Source: Candidatus Altiarchaeota archaeon
GTDB taxonomy: Archaea; Altiarchaeota; Altiarchaeia; IMC4; QMZM01
Length of the DNA stretch: 64,000 bases
Direction: 5' to 3'
Assembly (NCBI GenBank): GCA_016931955.1
Contig: JAFGDV010000012.1
Location: 37,510-101,509 of the forward strand
The notes under the pieces are model-generated. The model saw only the letters and a program-made list of their open reading frames with translations, did no database searches and had not been told where the DNA came from. Positions within the stretch are counted from its first letter, which is position 1; every line of letters starts with the position of its first letter. A program made the position numbers and the translations under genes. Positions 1-11,331 of this stretch are shown here, piece after piece.

Positions 1-189
1 ATGTGCTCATATTTTCACCCAGATGAACTTCTACCGTTAAGGGGATTATTTTCCATCTCAAATTTCAAACGCAATTTAGAGATTATTGACAAACTATCAA
101 GAGAATACAACGTAGGCTACAAATTTCTTACTGCTTCAGAAGCGGTTGAAAACTTTGTTACATACTCTGGTAAACAAAGTAGTTGTTAG
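1..189 (+). CDS. 3' end of a CDS that starts upstream of the window; product unknown
   Basis: Open frame runs from the window edge to a stop at 187-189. AT-rich like the neighbouring glycan island. No recognisable motifs. Confidence 0.2.
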   Translation: MCSYFHPDELLPLRGLFSISNFKRNLEIIDKLSREYNVGYKFLTASEAVENFVTYSGKQSSC

Positions 190-1344
190 GTTGTATATGG
201 ACACAAAAAAGGGTAATGGGTCATCTAAAGCCAACACAGCAAATATCTTTTTTCCTCTGATGGAGTGCAACCAACCCCTCCAAGTTAACTTTTTTTCACA
301 TAGCAGTTTGTAGGCTGATTTGAAATCATTAATCAAATAAATCCATTTAACACGATCTTCTTGAGAATTTATAGGAGGATTATCCTTCCCAGTTATGTCA
401 ATATATGCTATGTAAGGCACATTAAGACCACACTTCGTCGATAACCTGTTCTGCCAGCCAGTTCGGGGATTTACTTCAATAAGCTTGAATTCGCCGCTAG
501 CAGCATCCTTCTTAAATTCCACATCAGCGATTCCATTATACCCAATCGCACTCAAAAAGGAAGTTGCAAATTCTGATATCTCTGGAACCCAGATACTCTC
601 ACACAAAGCACCATTACCAAAACGATGAGGCCATTGGCGTATTCTTTTAAAAGTGAAAGTTGCTAATGGTTTAAAATTTTTGTTCATATATAAATGGGCT
701 AGATACATCATATCATCACCACCCGGCACTATCTCTTGTAATAGTACTTCATAACCCTTTCGACGTGCCTTCACATATCCGTCTAAGAGTTCCTCTTGGG
801 AGTATGCTTCGAAGACTTTTACACCAAACTCTTCTACAAAACTCGCTGAATGACTTGGTTTGATTATACAAGGATAATCAATCTCCTCACTGATTTTCTT
901 AAGATCCTGATCATCTCTCGGAAAATAGGTTTTTGGGTGGGGCACAGAACTTTTAGCTAAAGATTTATAGAAGTCAGCTTTATTCACAAGTTGTTCAATA
1001 ACTTTAGGCTTACCAATAACAAAATCAAAATATTTTTCTAACCGCATCTGATGTTTAGAAAGAACAACAACACTTATGTCCCCTGTGGGAAATAATACCG
1101 CTCTTTTATCTTCTAAACCAAGGGATAACAAAAAGTTTATAAAAACTTCTTCCGAAACTAATGGATTTGGTGATATTAATTTCCTTCCGAATCGGGAGTA
1201 TAGCCCCACAGCTCTTTTATCCCATGTAACACCGATAACAGGGACTTTTTGTTCACTAAGACTTCGCAAGACGCCTAGACCATTAAGGCCTAATTCAATT
1301 ACTATTGCTGGAGGTTTACTTGAGACTTCCTTTATTTTTTCCAT
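136..1344 (-). CDS. ATP-grasp domain enzyme (carboligase-like) associated with the glycan cluster
   Basis: 402-aa ORF with a pre-ATP-grasp N-domain followed by an ATP-grasp-like core (…CIIKPSHSASFVEEFGVKVF…, …LLQEIVPGGDDMMY…). Sits at the edge of the glycosyltransferase island. Confidence 0.5.
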   Translation of the reverse strand: MEKIKEVSSKPPAIVIELGLNGLGVLRSLSEQKVPVIGVTWDKRAVGLYSRFGRKLISPNPLVSEEVFINFLLSLGLEDKRAVLFPTGDISVVVLSKHQMRLEKYFDFVIGKPKVIEQLVNKADFYKSLAKSSVPHPKTYFPRDDQDLKKISEEIDYPCIIKPSHSASFVEEFGVKVFEAYSQEELLDGYVKARRKGYEVLLQEIVPGGDDMMYLAHLYMNKNFKPLATFTFKRIRQWPHRFGNGALCESIWVPEISEFATSFLSAIGYNGIADVEFKKDAASGEFKLIEVNPRTGWQNRLSTKCGLNVPYIAYIDITGKDNPPINSQEDRVKWIYLINDFKSAYKLLCEKKLTWRGWLHSIRGKKIFAVLALDDPLPFFVSIYNLTTTLFTRVCNKVFNRF

Positions 1345-1436
1345 TATGGCATACTAAGGGTTTTATAGCCTATAGGGATATATTATTGTCTAATACCCTT
1401 ATTCTATTATCAAAAGAATAGATATATTTAACCAAC

Positions 1437-2597
1437 ATGAAACTAGCTCTTCTTGGACCTTATCCTCTAGATGCCAAAAACATTCAGGGAGGCGCACATG
1501 CCCACATATACGCATTAACTGAGCACTTTAGACACTATGCAGATTTATACGTACACGTCATTACTATATCACCAGAACTGGAGGACGATAAAACAATTGT
1601 GAAGGATAACATCACAGTACATTATATAGCCTCAAAAGGGCCCTTTAGATTGTTATCTGCCCTTACAACAGATCGGAAGAGGATAATCAAGAAAACAAAG
1701 GAAATCAATCCAGATATTGTCCATGCCCATTGTACCGTCTCGTATGGATTCCCAGCGAGCTCATTATCTAAGAAATTTCCAACAATCATGACAGTCCATG
1801 GAATAAGTTCTGAGGAGATAAAGACGTTTAATGGGCTTTCAAAGTATCCTAAATGGATCATAGAAACAATAATTGAGAGACACGTACTAAAAAAGATAAA
1901 GGATATAATCGTCGTATCGCATTATGCTAGTGGAAAAATCGAACCATTATGTAGAAAAAACAAGATTTATATAATACCTGTAGGAATTAATCGAGATTTT
2001 TTTGAGATAAAAAATAACGAAAAAAAAGGTGAACTATTATTCGTTGGTGGTATAGAACCAAGAAAAGGTTTATTATACCTCTTCAAGTCTGTGAAAATCA
2101 TGAAAGAGATCATCCCCACAATAAGGCTACATGTCGTAGGTAGAGTTCGAAAAAAAGGGTATTATAATAGACTTAGGGGATATGTGGATACAAATGACCT
2201 AACGGAGAACATAAGGTTTCTTGGCTCCTTAGATAAAGAGGGGCTTAAGATGAGATATAGTGAATGTTCAGTATTTGTTCTCCCCTCCCAAGAAGAATCT
2301 TTGGGTTTAGTTCTTGTGGAGGCCATGGCAGCTGGAAAGCCTGTTGTGGCTTCAGGTATTGGGGGAATACCTGATGTAGTTGATAATAATGAAAATGGTT
2401 TTTTAGTTGAATACGGAAACTCAAAACAACTTGCTGAAAGGATTACTGTACTATTAAACGATAAAAATCTAAGAGAGACCATGGGTACGAAAGGTCGTGA
2501 GAAAGCCAAAGAATTCAAAAATGAGGTTATTGCTAAACAGATATATGATTTATACAATAATATATTAGGTGAGTGCATTCATGGAAAAAAGAGTTAA
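1437..2597 (+). CDS. Glycosyltransferase family 4 (GT-B, retaining)
   Basis: 386 aa. C-terminal GT4 signature [30 protein letters not shown] (EX7E-type). Confidence 0.75.
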   Translation: MKLALLGPYPLDAKNIQGGAHAHIYALTEHFRHYADLYVHVITISPELEDDKTIVKDNITVHYIASKGPFRLLSALTTDRKRIIKKTKEINPDIVHAHCTVSYGFPASSLSKKFPTIMTVHGISSEEIKTFNGLSKYPKWIIETIIERHVLKKIKDIIVVSHYASGKIEPLCRKNKIYIIPVGINRDFFEIKNNEKKGELLFVGGIEPRKGLLYLFKSVKIMKEIIPTIRLHVVGRVRKKGYYNRLRGYVDTNDLTENIRFLGSLDKEGLKMRYSECSVFVLPSQEESLGLVLVEAMAAGKPVVASGIGGIPDVVDNNENGFLVEYGNSKQLAERITVLLNDKNLRETMGTKGREKAKEFKNEVIAKQIYDLYNNILGECIHGKKS

Positions 2598-3096
2598 TAG
2601 TTTAGCACATATCCTGTATTTTTTAGTTAAACCGATACCAAGTATTATCGGCAATAAACTTCGATATCTTGTAGCCCGAACTTTCAATAAGGATTTTGGC
2701 AAAGGGGTTGTCATAAGAAAAAATACTTTTCTCGACGTCAAAAACATTAAAATAGGGGATTATGTTTCGATTGATGAAGGTTGTGTGTTTACATCCATTA
2801 GAGGGGGAAAAATTGAGATAGGGAACTATACAATAATATCTTCTAGAGTCAAGTTCTACCCTATGAGTTTTAAATTCGATTCAAGAGACGAATTAATCAA
2901 AAATCAGGGAGCTAATAGAAAGCCGATAATTGTTGGTAGAGATGTGTGGATTGGTGCAGATTCTATCATCTTAGGTGGTGTTAAGATAGGCGATGGAACG
3001 ATAGTTGGGGCGGGATCAGTAGTTTCAAAGGATATTCCAGCATACGCTGTTGTCGTGGGTAATCCGGCCAGGATTATAAGGGAAAGAGGCACATGA
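2569..3096 (+). CDS. Sugar O-/N-acetyltransferase, left-handed beta-helix (hexapeptide repeat) family
   Basis: 175 aa with hexapeptide repeats (…[13 protein letters not shown]…, [30 protein letters not shown]). Alternative start at 2581. Confidence 0.7.
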   Translation: MSAFMEKRVNSLAHILYFLVKPIPSIIGNKLRYLVARTFNKDFGKGVVIRKNTFLDVKNIKIGDYVSIDEGCVFTSIRGGKIEIGNYTIISSRVKFYPMSFKFDSRDELIKNQGANRKPIIVGRDVWIGADSIILGGVKIGDGTIVGAGSVVSKDIPAYAVVVGNPARIIRERGT

Positions 3097-3141
3097 TAAT
3101 AAGTTAAAGCAGTATGTGAGAATAGTCACTCTAGTGGTTAT

Positions 3142-3705
3142 ATGAAAATAAAGAAGAAGCATATCATCAAATTACTAAATGAGATGAACCCTCTTAATGA
3201 GTTCCCTCATTTAATTTACGCATGCGTTAAGTGGATTCCGTATACAATTGGCAGTTATCTCAGAGTTTTGGTCGCAAAAATATTTTTGAAAGATGTTGGC
3301 AGTGGCGTCTATATCCGAAAGAATGCAGTATTTGATTTTAAGTACATCAAGATTGGGGATGGCGTCTTGCTTGGAGAAGACTGTATTTTGGCTGCTCGAG
3401 TTGGTGGGGAAATTGTCATAGGCGATAATTCATTGATTGGCGGGCGGGTTAAGTTTTATACAATTAACCATAAATTCGACGACCCATGTAAATTGATTAA
3501 GAACCAGGGTGTGGTGTATGGCCCTATCCTTATCGGGTCTGATGTGTGGATTGGTGCAGATTCTATCATCTTAGGCGGAGTTAGGATAGGGGATGGAGCA
3601 GTTGTGGGCGCAGGTTCTGTAGTTACAAAAGACGTACCACCATACACAGTGGTTGCTGGAAATCCAGCAAAAAAAATAAAGTCTAGGGATAGATCACAGA
3701 ACTGA
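3142..3705 (+). CDS. Hexapeptide-repeat acetyltransferase, tandem paralog of 2569-3096
   Basis: 187 aa with the same architecture ([30 protein letters not shown]). Shares an identical 35-nt patch with the upstream paralog. Confidence 0.7.
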   Translation: MKIKKKHIIKLLNEMNPLNEFPHLIYACVKWIPYTIGSYLRVLVAKIFLKDVGSGVYIRKNAVFDFKYIKIGDGVLLGEDCILAARVGGEIVIGDNSLIGGRVKFYTINHKFDDPCKLIKNQGVVYGPILIGSDVWIGADSIILGGVRIGDGAVVGAGSVVTKDVPPYTVVAGNPAKKIKSRDRSQN

Positions 3706-4848
3706 TGAGTAGATTTTTTCAATAACTTCAATACGTTTAGCCCACGTGAAATTACTGTTCACTCGTCTGACACCATTAGCACCCATTTTCTTGGGTAGGA
3801 TATCATCATCAAGCAGCTCATCAATCTTATTAGCTAACTCTATATGATTTTCAGGTCTTACCAAGAAACCTGTTTCTCCATCCCTCACTACCTCGGGTAT
3901 AGCCCCTACTTGGGCGGATACAACCGGCAGACCACATGCCATTGCCTCTGCGAGAACGATACCAAAGCTCTCTATCCTAGATGGCATGACAAATACAGAT
4001 GCCTTATTTAGTAATTGCACTATCTCCTTTTGTTGTAGAAAGCCATGGAAATTAACTTTTCTAGTTAAGCCCTCTTTTGCGCATATGTTTTTGAGGTGAC
4101 TTTTGTAGTTCTTGGCTCCTTCTCGCCCAACAATATCAAGGAATGTGTTGGGGTGATTTTTTAGGACTTCCTTGAACGCAAAAAGTAGAGTGTCTATACC
4201 TTTTTGAGGTTCCAATCGTCCCACTGTTATTATTCGCTGTTCTCGTTCTAATCCAAAGTCCTTGAAAACAAAAGTATCGACACCAGGATATGCGACTTCT
4301 ATCTTGTTTTCGTTAATCTTATAAATCTTCTTCAATTCCTCTTTACTGTATCTACTCGGAACAATTGCTTTTGTGCTTAATTTTGTGGCTTGCTTGTCTA
4401 GATGCAAATGCAATGACCATCGTATAGCCTTATGGTTAAGTATTCCCTCTTTTCTTATGTCTGTAAGAGAGTAGGGATAAAGACGTGGATAATGTACTTC
4501 ATGAACCAAGGGTTTCTTTTTTAATTTCGCCCAGAAATTGGTTAGAATCATCTCAGGTTTTGCGCCATGTATTATGTCAATGTTTCTGATATTAATCGAT
4601 TTTCTCCACCAAGAGACTGCTGAACGCACATCTAATGGCCTGAATCCAGTGAACTTAGATGCTGAATAGAATATTATGCCGTCTATCTTAGGTAGAGCAA
4701 TATACGATTGCTTGGGTAGAACCACATCCAGAGTGTGACCTCTTTTTGCAAGTTCTTCCATCGTTTTCCACAGAACAATCTCTCCACCTCCGACGCCACT
4801 TTCAGTTGGTGTGCCTGCTACGAACATCAGGATTTTATAGGTCTCCAT
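3694..4848 (-). CDS. Glycosyltransferase family 4
   Basis: 384 aa. Motif [29 protein letters not shown]. Confidence 0.75.
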   Translation of the reverse strand: METYKILMFVAGTPTESGVGGGEIVLWKTMEELAKRGHTLDVVLPKQSYIALPKIDGIIFYSASKFTGFRPLDVRSAVSWWRKSINIRNIDIIHGAKPEMILTNFWAKLKKKPLVHEVHYPRLYPYSLTDIRKEGILNHKAIRWSLHLHLDKQATKLSTKAIVPSRYSKEELKKIYKINENKIEVAYPGVDTFVFKDFGLEREQRIITVGRLEPQKGIDTLLFAFKEVLKNHPNTFLDIVGREGAKNYKSHLKNICAKEGLTRKVNFHGFLQQKEIVQLLNKASVFVMPSRIESFGIVLAEAMACGLPVVSAQVGAIPEVVRDGETGFLVRPENHIELANKIDELLDDDILPKKMGANGVRRVNSNFTWAKRIEVIEKIYSSVL

Positions 4849-4852
4849 TATC

Positions 4853-6007
4853 TTAGACTAATTTTTCATATTCTTTTATGGCTTTTTTGGCTATTATTCC
4901 CCAGTCATAGTCTTTTATGATTTTCTTGGACTCTTCACCCATCTTCTTTAGAAGATTTTTCTCGTAAACCGTTATCACGGCTTCTGATATTGCATTACAG
5001 TCTGCTGTGGGCACCAACAACCCATTAACGCCATCTTTGACTACCTGCGGGTTCTCAGACGTGTTGGTCGCTATTACTGGAAGTTCAACGCTCATCGCCT
5101 CTAGAATAACGAGCGGAAGCCCTTCATAGAGAGTGGGTGTCACCGACAAATCTGCAAGTTTATAGTAGTTAAAGAGGAGTTCATCGTCGACATTTCTAAA
5201 ATGTTTTATTATGTCTCCCAGACCAAGTTTTTTTATCAGTGAGTAGACTCTTTCTTCATCAGTTCCGGTTCCGACAAGTATCAGTTTAACGTTTTCTATC
5301 TCTTTTCTAATCTTATCAAGAGCCTCTATTAGATAGTATACCCCCTTCACTTTTTCTATCCTATTCACATTTATGATGATAAAGTCATCATCTTTAAGCC
5401 CTAAGTCCTCTCTCGTCACAGAAGCTTTAGATACGTATTCTTCTATTTGGGAAAGATCAACGCCATCAGGTATGTTGAATATCTTCTTTCTTTCGACATC
5501 GAAAAGTTCTGCTATTTCTCTAGCTTGTAATTCTCCTTCAGAGGCTATGGCTTCTGATCTGTTCATACAAATTTTTAGTGGATAGTTAACTGGCGTCAAG
5601 AAAAACCTGTTTTTAAAGCCCTTCGCTTTATACCATTCGTTACCAAATGCTTGGACTACTATTGGTTTCCTGTTTTTTGACAGTATGTAGGGAAATGATG
5701 TTATCTCGTAGGCGTGCAGTATATCAAATTCTTTCTTTTTCAGGTATTTGGACAGATTTATGTTGAAGTGGTGGTATGTTCTATAGAATCTGAATCCTCG
5801 ACCGTATTGAACTCTTGGAGAGATAAAACGATATTTTACACCATCAAGATTTTCTGTCTTTTTTCTGCCTTCTTTTTCTGGTGAAGAGATTACTTCGACG
5901 TCAACTCCTTGTTCTGCTATGTGTTTCGCAAGGAAATAGACGTATCTTTCCATCCCCCCATATCCATGGAAGGGGAAAACCCACCTAGAGGACATCATAA
6001 CTTTCAT
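4853..6007 (-). CDS. Glycosyltransferase family 4
   Basis: 384 aa. Motif EGLPLVILEAMSVELPVIATNTSENPQVV. Confidence 0.7.
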   Translation of the reverse strand: MKVMMSSRWVFPFHGYGGMERYVYFLAKHIAEQGVDVEVISSPEKEGRKKTENLDGVKYRFISPRVQYGRGFRFYRTYHHFNINLSKYLKKKEFDILHAYEITSFPYILSKNRKPIVVQAFGNEWYKAKGFKNRFFLTPVNYPLKICMNRSEAIASEGELQAREIAELFDVERKKIFNIPDGVDLSQIEEYVSKASVTREDLGLKDDDFIIINVNRIEKVKGVYYLIEALDKIRKEIENVKLILVGTGTDEERVYSLIKKLGLGDIIKHFRNVDDELLFNYYKLADLSVTPTLYEGLPLVILEAMSVELPVIATNTSENPQVVKDGVNGLLVPTADCNAISEAVITVYEKNLLKKMGEESKKIIKDYDWGIIAKKAIKEYEKLV

Positions 6008-6121
6008 CCTATCGTGATATGCCTATATGTTATAACTAATATTGTATATTGTCATCTATTAGCATTTGTTAAAGTATCTATATTACATATATACAACATA
6101 CCACATAGGTTAAATAATAAA

Positions 6122-7318
6122 ATGAGGATTCTGTTCATCCACGACAACCACAAACATCTAGGTGGGGCTGAAACATATCTATTCCAACTCATGAAGCTAC
6201 TAAAGGGTAGAGGACATAGTGTTTACTTTTTCTCAATCGACAAGAATGTTGAAGCAAGAACAGAGGATATCTTCGTCTACAAAGAAAAAAGAAAGAACAG
6301 ATTAGCAAAGCACTTATCCTATTACTATCTCGATTGGGGCATATACAAAGCCCTCAAGAATTGGATAAAGGAGATAAAACCTGACGTAATCCATCTGCAG
6401 AATATTCAGAAATGTCCTATAACGTTGCTTCTTGCAGCAACCAGTTCAGGAATCCCCGTGGTATATACTGTCCACGACGTAGGAATCCTGTGTCTGACTG
6501 GTTTATGTATCAAGCCTTCTGGAGAAGTGTGCGGAGGAGGATTTGGGGTGAAATGCGTATGGAGTGGTTGTGTTAGCCTTAAAGGTTACTTATACAATTT
6601 TCTGCCGAAGATTATCAAAAAATATCTCATCAAAAACAGGATAAAGCTGATTATCTCTCCAAGCAGAGCATTCGAAAAACTTTTGGGAGATGATGGATAC
6701 GCGAACGTGGCCCACATAAAAAACTTCATAGATATTCAAAATTGTGATGTTGATCAAACAAAAATTGAGAGGGGTAATGTATTATTTGTTGGTATGTTGG
6801 AGCAGCATAAGGGAGTATATCCCTTGATGAATGCATTTTCTAGCGTATCCAATAAAATACCTTCGGCTGTCCTACACATAGTTGGAGAAGGTCGCGAAAA
6901 GGAAGGTATGACAAAAAAGGCCAACGAGTTGGGTTTTCTTGAGAAGGTGGTTTTTCATGGGAAAATTCCTAAAGAGGAGCTTGCAACATTTTATCAGAAA
7001 GCAAACTTGGTGGTTTTCCCCTCTGTTTGCATGGAGAATAGTCCCTACGTTATCAGGGAGGCTATGGCTTCAGGTCGGCCTGTTGTAGCCAGTAACATTG
7101 GTGGTATTCCTGAGCTTGTAGTTGAGGGGGAAACTGGTTTTCTGGTTAGCGTTAGAAACCCTGACGAATTGACTGAAAAAATACTTCGATTGTTGTCTGA
7201 CTGGAATCTTGCTAAGAAAATGGGGGAAAACGCAAGGAGGATAGCTGAAAAAGATTTAAAAGCGAACGATCATTTGGATAAAATCTTGGAGGTTTATACT
7301 TCACTTTCAGAGAAATGA
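6122..7318 (+). CDS. Glycosyltransferase family 4
   Basis: Start taken at the internal ATG 6122 (MRILFIHDNHKHLGGAETY…). The track start at 5909 would overlap the convergent gene. C-terminal motif ENSPYVIREAMASGRPVVASNIGGIPELV. Confidence 0.7.
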   Translation: MRILFIHDNHKHLGGAETYLFQLMKLLKGRGHSVYFFSIDKNVEARTEDIFVYKEKRKNRLAKHLSYYYLDWGIYKALKNWIKEIKPDVIHLQNIQKCPITLLLAATSSGIPVVYTVHDVGILCLTGLCIKPSGEVCGGGFGVKCVWSGCVSLKGYLYNFLPKIIKKYLIKNRIKLIISPSRAFEKLLGDDGYANVAHIKNFIDIQNCDVDQTKIERGNVLFVGMLEQHKGVYPLMNAFSSVSNKIPSAVLHIVGEGREKEGMTKKANELGFLEKVVFHGKIPKEELATFYQKANLVVFPSVCMENSPYVIREAMASGRPVVASNIGGIPELVVEGETGFLVSVRNPDELTEKILRLLSDWNLAKKMGENARRIAEKDLKANDHLDKILEVYTSLSEK

Positions 7319-8169
7319 ACGTATCTATAATAATCCCTTGCTCTGCCGAGCATGCGAAATATCTGGATGATCTGTTTAATGCTTTGTCAAAGCAGAAGTT
7401 TAAGGATGAATTTGAGGTTATCCTAGTTCTGGAAGACGGCAATTGGGGAATGGATGATAAGATAAGTAATTATCCATTGAACGTAAAATTGTGTTCTTCT
7501 CAGCTTAGGAATCCTGGAGCTAATAGAAATATCGCAATAAAGGAAGCTAATGGTAACGTGATTGCATTTATTGACAGTGATTGTGTACCCACTGAGAATT
7601 GGCTTGAGAACTTGATTAAACCCCTAGGGGAATATGATGGTTCTCAGGGGATTGATTATTCATACGACGACTCCTATCTTGGGAAGTTTATGGAAAAACA
7701 GCAGTTGAATTTTCTGTATAGCTCAGTTGTAGATGGGCGCTGTAAGTTCATAGACACACGTAATTGCGCCATACGGCTGGATGTGTTAAACAAGGTTGGT
7801 GGTTTTGATGAGAGATTGGAAACTTCTGAAGACAAAGACCTTGGCTATAGACTCTACAAATCAGGATTCAATGTTGTATTGAATAAAGAGGCAATAGTCT
7901 ATCACAGGTGGAGAAAAGGAAGCCTTCTGGGATTCTTTAAATGGGGTATGTGGTATGGCAAAGGCGACTACGTATTCAGGCAGAAATGGGATAAAATGTC
8001 TTTCCATTCTGGTTTTAGGAGCGCATTAAATGACTTGAAGTCTTCACTTTTTTACTTGATCAAAAGTCTTTGTTCCTCAGGTGATGAAAGAGAAGTCAAT
8101 TTGCTTTTTTCTTTCAGACAGTTTGGTGTAGCCTTTGGTAAGCTAAAGGCTATGTTGTTTAAAACCTAA
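7315..8169 (+). CDS. Glycosyltransferase family 2 (GT-A)
   Basis: N-terminus MNVSIIIPCSAEH…, a D-S-D-C motif (FIDSDCVP) and a DxD-like region. Its start overlaps the upstream stop (ATGA). Confidence 0.65.
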   Translation: MNVSIIIPCSAEHAKYLDDLFNALSKQKFKDEFEVILVLEDGNWGMDDKISNYPLNVKLCSSQLRNPGANRNIAIKEANGNVIAFIDSDCVPTENWLENLIKPLGEYDGSQGIDYSYDDSYLGKFMEKQQLNFLYSSVVDGRCKFIDTRNCAIRLDVLNKVGGFDERLETSEDKDLGYRLYKSGFNVVLNKEAIVYHRWRKGSLLGFFKWGMWYGKGDYVFRQKWDKMSFHSGFRSALNDLKSSLFYLIKSLCSSGDEREVNLLFSFRQFGVAFGKLKAMLFKT

Positions 8170-8907
8170 CGCCTCTAAGCATTCTCCATTAGTCAAATAT
8201 TTTACATCGGGTTTATCGGCTACGTGCTCAAATATCTTTTCCAGTCTATCCCACATTTCCAATTTCTCGACTTCCCATGAATGCCCCCATACATGGAATA
8301 TTCCGCCTTTCTTGAGAACTTTCTCAAAGAGTCGCTTTGCACGCGACTCCCAGCTGAAAATTGACTTCTGGGGCAAAGAATACGTCTTATGTAATTTTAT
8401 ATTTCTTGGTCGCGGATAGACCTGTACTGTTGTCGCGAACTCGAATGGATCCTTTGGGGGATCTGTAATACCCATCTCAACTGTTCTAGCTCCTAAGAAA
8501 CCTGCATCCTTGACTATCGCTTTAGTTTCATTGCTGAAATCGCCATAAGGGTAACAGAACATCTTAACTTCGTGTCCTAGAATATCTTCTAGATACTCTT
8601 TTGATCCCTTTATCTCCTCTCTCACATCTTTTATAGACAGTTGAGATAAATAGGGATGATTTAGTGTGTGTGCACCAATCTCATGTTTCCCATCTAAGTC
8701 TAACAAATCTTCTTTCGTAAGGGAACCTGTTTTTATACTCTCCTCAACCAGCTGTGACCTGTCTCCCTCATTCAGGGTATCTATTGCTTCAATCTTTGGA
8801 ACATAGAATGTCCCCTTAAGCGAGAATTTGTCCAGTAGCTCTGACAATTGTTTATCTAGGATGTGTCCGTCATCCCAGCTTGTTGTTACAAAAATCTTTT
8901 TTTCCAT
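8143..8907 (-). CDS. Polysaccharide deacetylase (CE4 / NodB-like)
   Basis: 254 aa. …TTSWDDGH… and …AHTLNHPYL… motifs typical of CE4 deacetylases. Confidence 0.6.
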   Translation of the reverse strand: MEKKIFVTTSWDDGHILDKQLSELLDKFSLKGTFYVPKIEAIDTLNEGDRSQLVEESIKTGSLTKEDLLDLDGKHEIGAHTLNHPYLSQLSIKDVREEIKGSKEYLEDILGHEVKMFCYPYGDFSNETKAIVKDAGFLGARTVEMGITDPPKDPFEFATTVQVYPRPRNIKLHKTYSLPQKSIFSWESRAKRLFEKVLKKGGIFHVWGHSWEVEKLEMWDRLEKIFEHVADKPDVKYLTNGECLEALGFKQHSL

Positions 8908-8911
8908 GTTT

Positions 8912-9811
8912 TCACAAACAGATTATTCTACGCTCTATGCTTCCTCGTATTCTACCTAGTTTGTAGGCAAACCATTGTACAAACTGGCAGATTGGTATCC
9001 CCACATACAATGCTTTGTCCCCTTTGTGGAAAGGCGCATTTAGGATTCTCCATGGAAGGCGGAGGAAAAGAGCTTTAAACATGACTTTATAGATTCCCCA
9101 GTCAATGGTGTGGTTCTTCCCTAGCATGTCTCTGTGTTTTTTAAAGTATCTTACATACCATCTCCCATATCTGTAAAACTGCCGATATAGTTCATACAAT
9201 GAGGTTCGATGTTTATGTAAGACGACTGCATCAGGTTCATAAATCAACTTATACCCTGCTTTTGTCACCCTCCAACCCATGTCTACATCCCCCCCAGAGT
9301 ACTGTGCTCCGTCAAAGTAGCCCAATTCCTCTATTATTTTCCGTCTGTAGGCAGCATTAGCTGTGACGATGTAGGGGTATTTTTCCTTGACATTCCATTC
9401 TTGTATTAGAACGTATTTGGCCGAGTATTTTTCTACCACCGTTTGTGGGTTGTATGCTACAACTTTTCCACCGACGCCTGCGATCTTGTCGTCTGTGAAG
9501 TTCCTCATCAAGTTTTTAAGCCAGTTCTTGTCTACTTCGCAGTCTCCGTCTGTGAATGCCAGTATCTCTCCTTTGGCGTTTTTTACTGCTAGGTTTCTCG
9601 CATAGAATTGCCCTTTTCTGCTTTCGAATAGGTATCTCACAGGATATTTCTGTATCACTTCTTTCGTGGAGTCTGTGGAGTTGTTATCCACCACTATGAC
9701 TTCCGTCTTTTCTTTTGGGTAGTTTAGATCCAGTATAGATTCTATGCATTCTCCCACTATCCTCTCTGCGTTGTGTACTGGCACAATTACTGAGACAGTT
9801 GGTAATTCCAT
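8912..9811 (-). CDS. Glycosyltransferase family 2
   Basis: VSVIVPVHNAERIVGECIESIL…, DGDC motif. Confidence 0.7.
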   Translation of the reverse strand: MELPTVSVIVPVHNAERIVGECIESILDLNYPKEKTEVIVVDNNSTDSTKEVIQKYPVRYLFESRKGQFYARNLAVKNAKGEILAFTDGDCEVDKNWLKNLMRNFTDDKIAGVGGKVVAYNPQTVVEKYSAKYVLIQEWNVKEKYPYIVTANAAYRRKIIEELGYFDGAQYSGGDVDMGWRVTKAGYKLIYEPDAVVLHKHRTSLYELYRQFYRYGRWYVRYFKKHRDMLGKNHTIDWGIYKVMFKALFLRLPWRILNAPFHKGDKALYVGIPICQFVQWFAYKLGRIRGSIERRIICL

Positions 9812-9876
9812 AATAGCACTTAGAGATTTATGGTAGTAGGATATATATGCTAAGAAGACAAAATAAATAGATCCCT

Positions 9877-11325
9877 ATGACACTTAAAAGAAAAGCTATA
9901 AGGAGTAGCATTTTAATATTCGGTAAGACTCTCTTTCAGAGAGGTGCCAGTTTTGTAAGTAAAATAATCTTGGCTAGGCTCCTTGTACCAGCGGATTTTG
10001 GTTTGGTCGCTATCGCATCTCTGGTTGTAAACGGCATAGGCTTGTTTAGGGATATCGGTATAAACTCTGCTCTAATTTATAAAAAAGAGGATGAAAGTGC
10101 AACAGCAGATACCTCTTTCTTGATTATCTGGGTGGTAAGCATCTTCTTATATCTTATTGCTTTCATGTTGGCTCCTTTTGTAGCTGATTTTTTTGGAGAA
10201 GAGGTAGTTGTGGACATTATTAGAATATCAGCTCTCACATTTCTTCTATACGCCGTTGGATTTGTTCCAATGACTTTGCTTGAAAAGAGGATAAAGTTCA
10301 GAAGGTATGTTGCTGTTGAGCTTATATCAACTGTTGTGGGTATATCCACTATGTTATACATGGCTTTTGTTGGCTTTGGTGTCTGGAGTCTTATCTACGG
10401 TGGCTTAATTGGCGGGTCTGCTGGAGCCGTTGCTGTCTGGTTTTTGACTTCCTGGAGGCCTAGATGGGTATTTGACAAAAAGATTGCTAAAGAATTGATA
10501 GGGTATGGGAAGTTCATGTTGGGTGTGACGCTTGCGATTTTTTTGATTCAGAATATTGATAATGCTGTAATTGGGAAGGTTATTGGCATGTCTATGCTTG
10601 GAATTTATACGATGGCATATTCTATCTGTAATCTTCCGGCGAATACCGTCATGCAGACTATAAATCAGGTGCTTTTTCCCACTTATTCTAGGATACAGGA
10701 TGATATCCCAAAGCTTAGGAGGGGTTATCTCAAGGTTTTTAATCTTGTTTCATTGCTTGTTTTCCCCATATCTTCTGGTATCTTCATCCTAGCGCCTGAG
10801 TTTGTCACGATTGTTTTAAGCGAGAAATGGATTCCTGCCATTCCCGCTATCCAGATACTGTGTTTTTTTGGTTTGTTTCGTTCTTTGGCTGGGACTACTG
10901 GTGAGGTTTTTAAGGCTTTAGGTAAACCTGATATTCCTTTTAAAGCCTATAGTGCTCAATTCTTGATTATTCTCTTACTGATTTATCCGTTCACTCTCCA
11001 GTTTGGTATTGTTGGAGCAAGTGTGGTTGTGACATCCTCTATTCTCCTTATAATGCTGTGGCTGCTATTCAGGGTATGTAAGGCTTTGGAGATCAAGTTC
11101 AGTTCTTTATCTGCGATTTCTGTAGTGCATTTGTTGTCTTCTTTGGTCATGGTCTTGATTGTTTACCTAATTAAAACAAGCCTAGGTATGACTCTTTTAT
11201 CTTTAGTTACTTCAGTCCTTGTTGGAGCGATAGTTTATGTCTCCACAGTATATGTTCTAACGAGAGGAAGGGCTGTTTCAGATGCTATGGAGGTTGTTTC
11301 TGCTCTTAGAGGAGTCAGATCATAG
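9877..11325 (+). CDS. Polysaccharide biosynthesis protein / oligosaccharide flippase (Wzx-like, MOP superfamily)
   Basis: 482-aa polytopic membrane protein with roughly 12-14 TM helices and a typical Wzx N-terminus. Confidence 0.65.
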   Translation: MTLKRKAIRSSILIFGKTLFQRGASFVSKIILARLLVPADFGLVAIASLVVNGIGLFRDIGINSALIYKKEDESATADTSFLIIWVVSIFLYLIAFMLAPFVADFFGEEVVVDIIRISALTFLLYAVGFVPMTLLEKRIKFRRYVAVELISTVVGISTMLYMAFVGFGVWSLIYGGLIGGSAGAVAVWFLTSWRPRWVFDKKIAKELIGYGKFMLGVTLAIFLIQNIDNAVIGKVIGMSMLGIYTMAYSICNLPANTVMQTINQVLFPTYSRIQDDIPKLRRGYLKVFNLVSLLVFPISSGIFILAPEFVTIVLSEKWIPAIPAIQILCFFGLFRSLAGTTGEVFKALGKPDIPFKAYSAQFLIILLLIYPFTLQFGIVGASVVVTSSILLIMLWLLFRVCKALEIKFSSLSAISVVHLLSSLVMVLIVYLIKTSLGMTLLSLVTSVLVGAIVYVSTVYVLTRGRAVSDAMEVVSALRGVRS

Positions 11326-11331
11326 CTCCCT

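Noticed and set aside
2162-2578. 138-aa antisense ORF within the GT4 gene 1437-2597
   Set aside because: It is antisense to a well-supported CDS and has no motifs.
5909-6121. N-terminal extension of the GT4 gene suggested by the ORF track
   Set aside because: It overlaps the convergent GT4 gene ending at 6007 and has no conserved features. The internal start MRILFIHD at 6122 gives a typical GT4 N-terminus.
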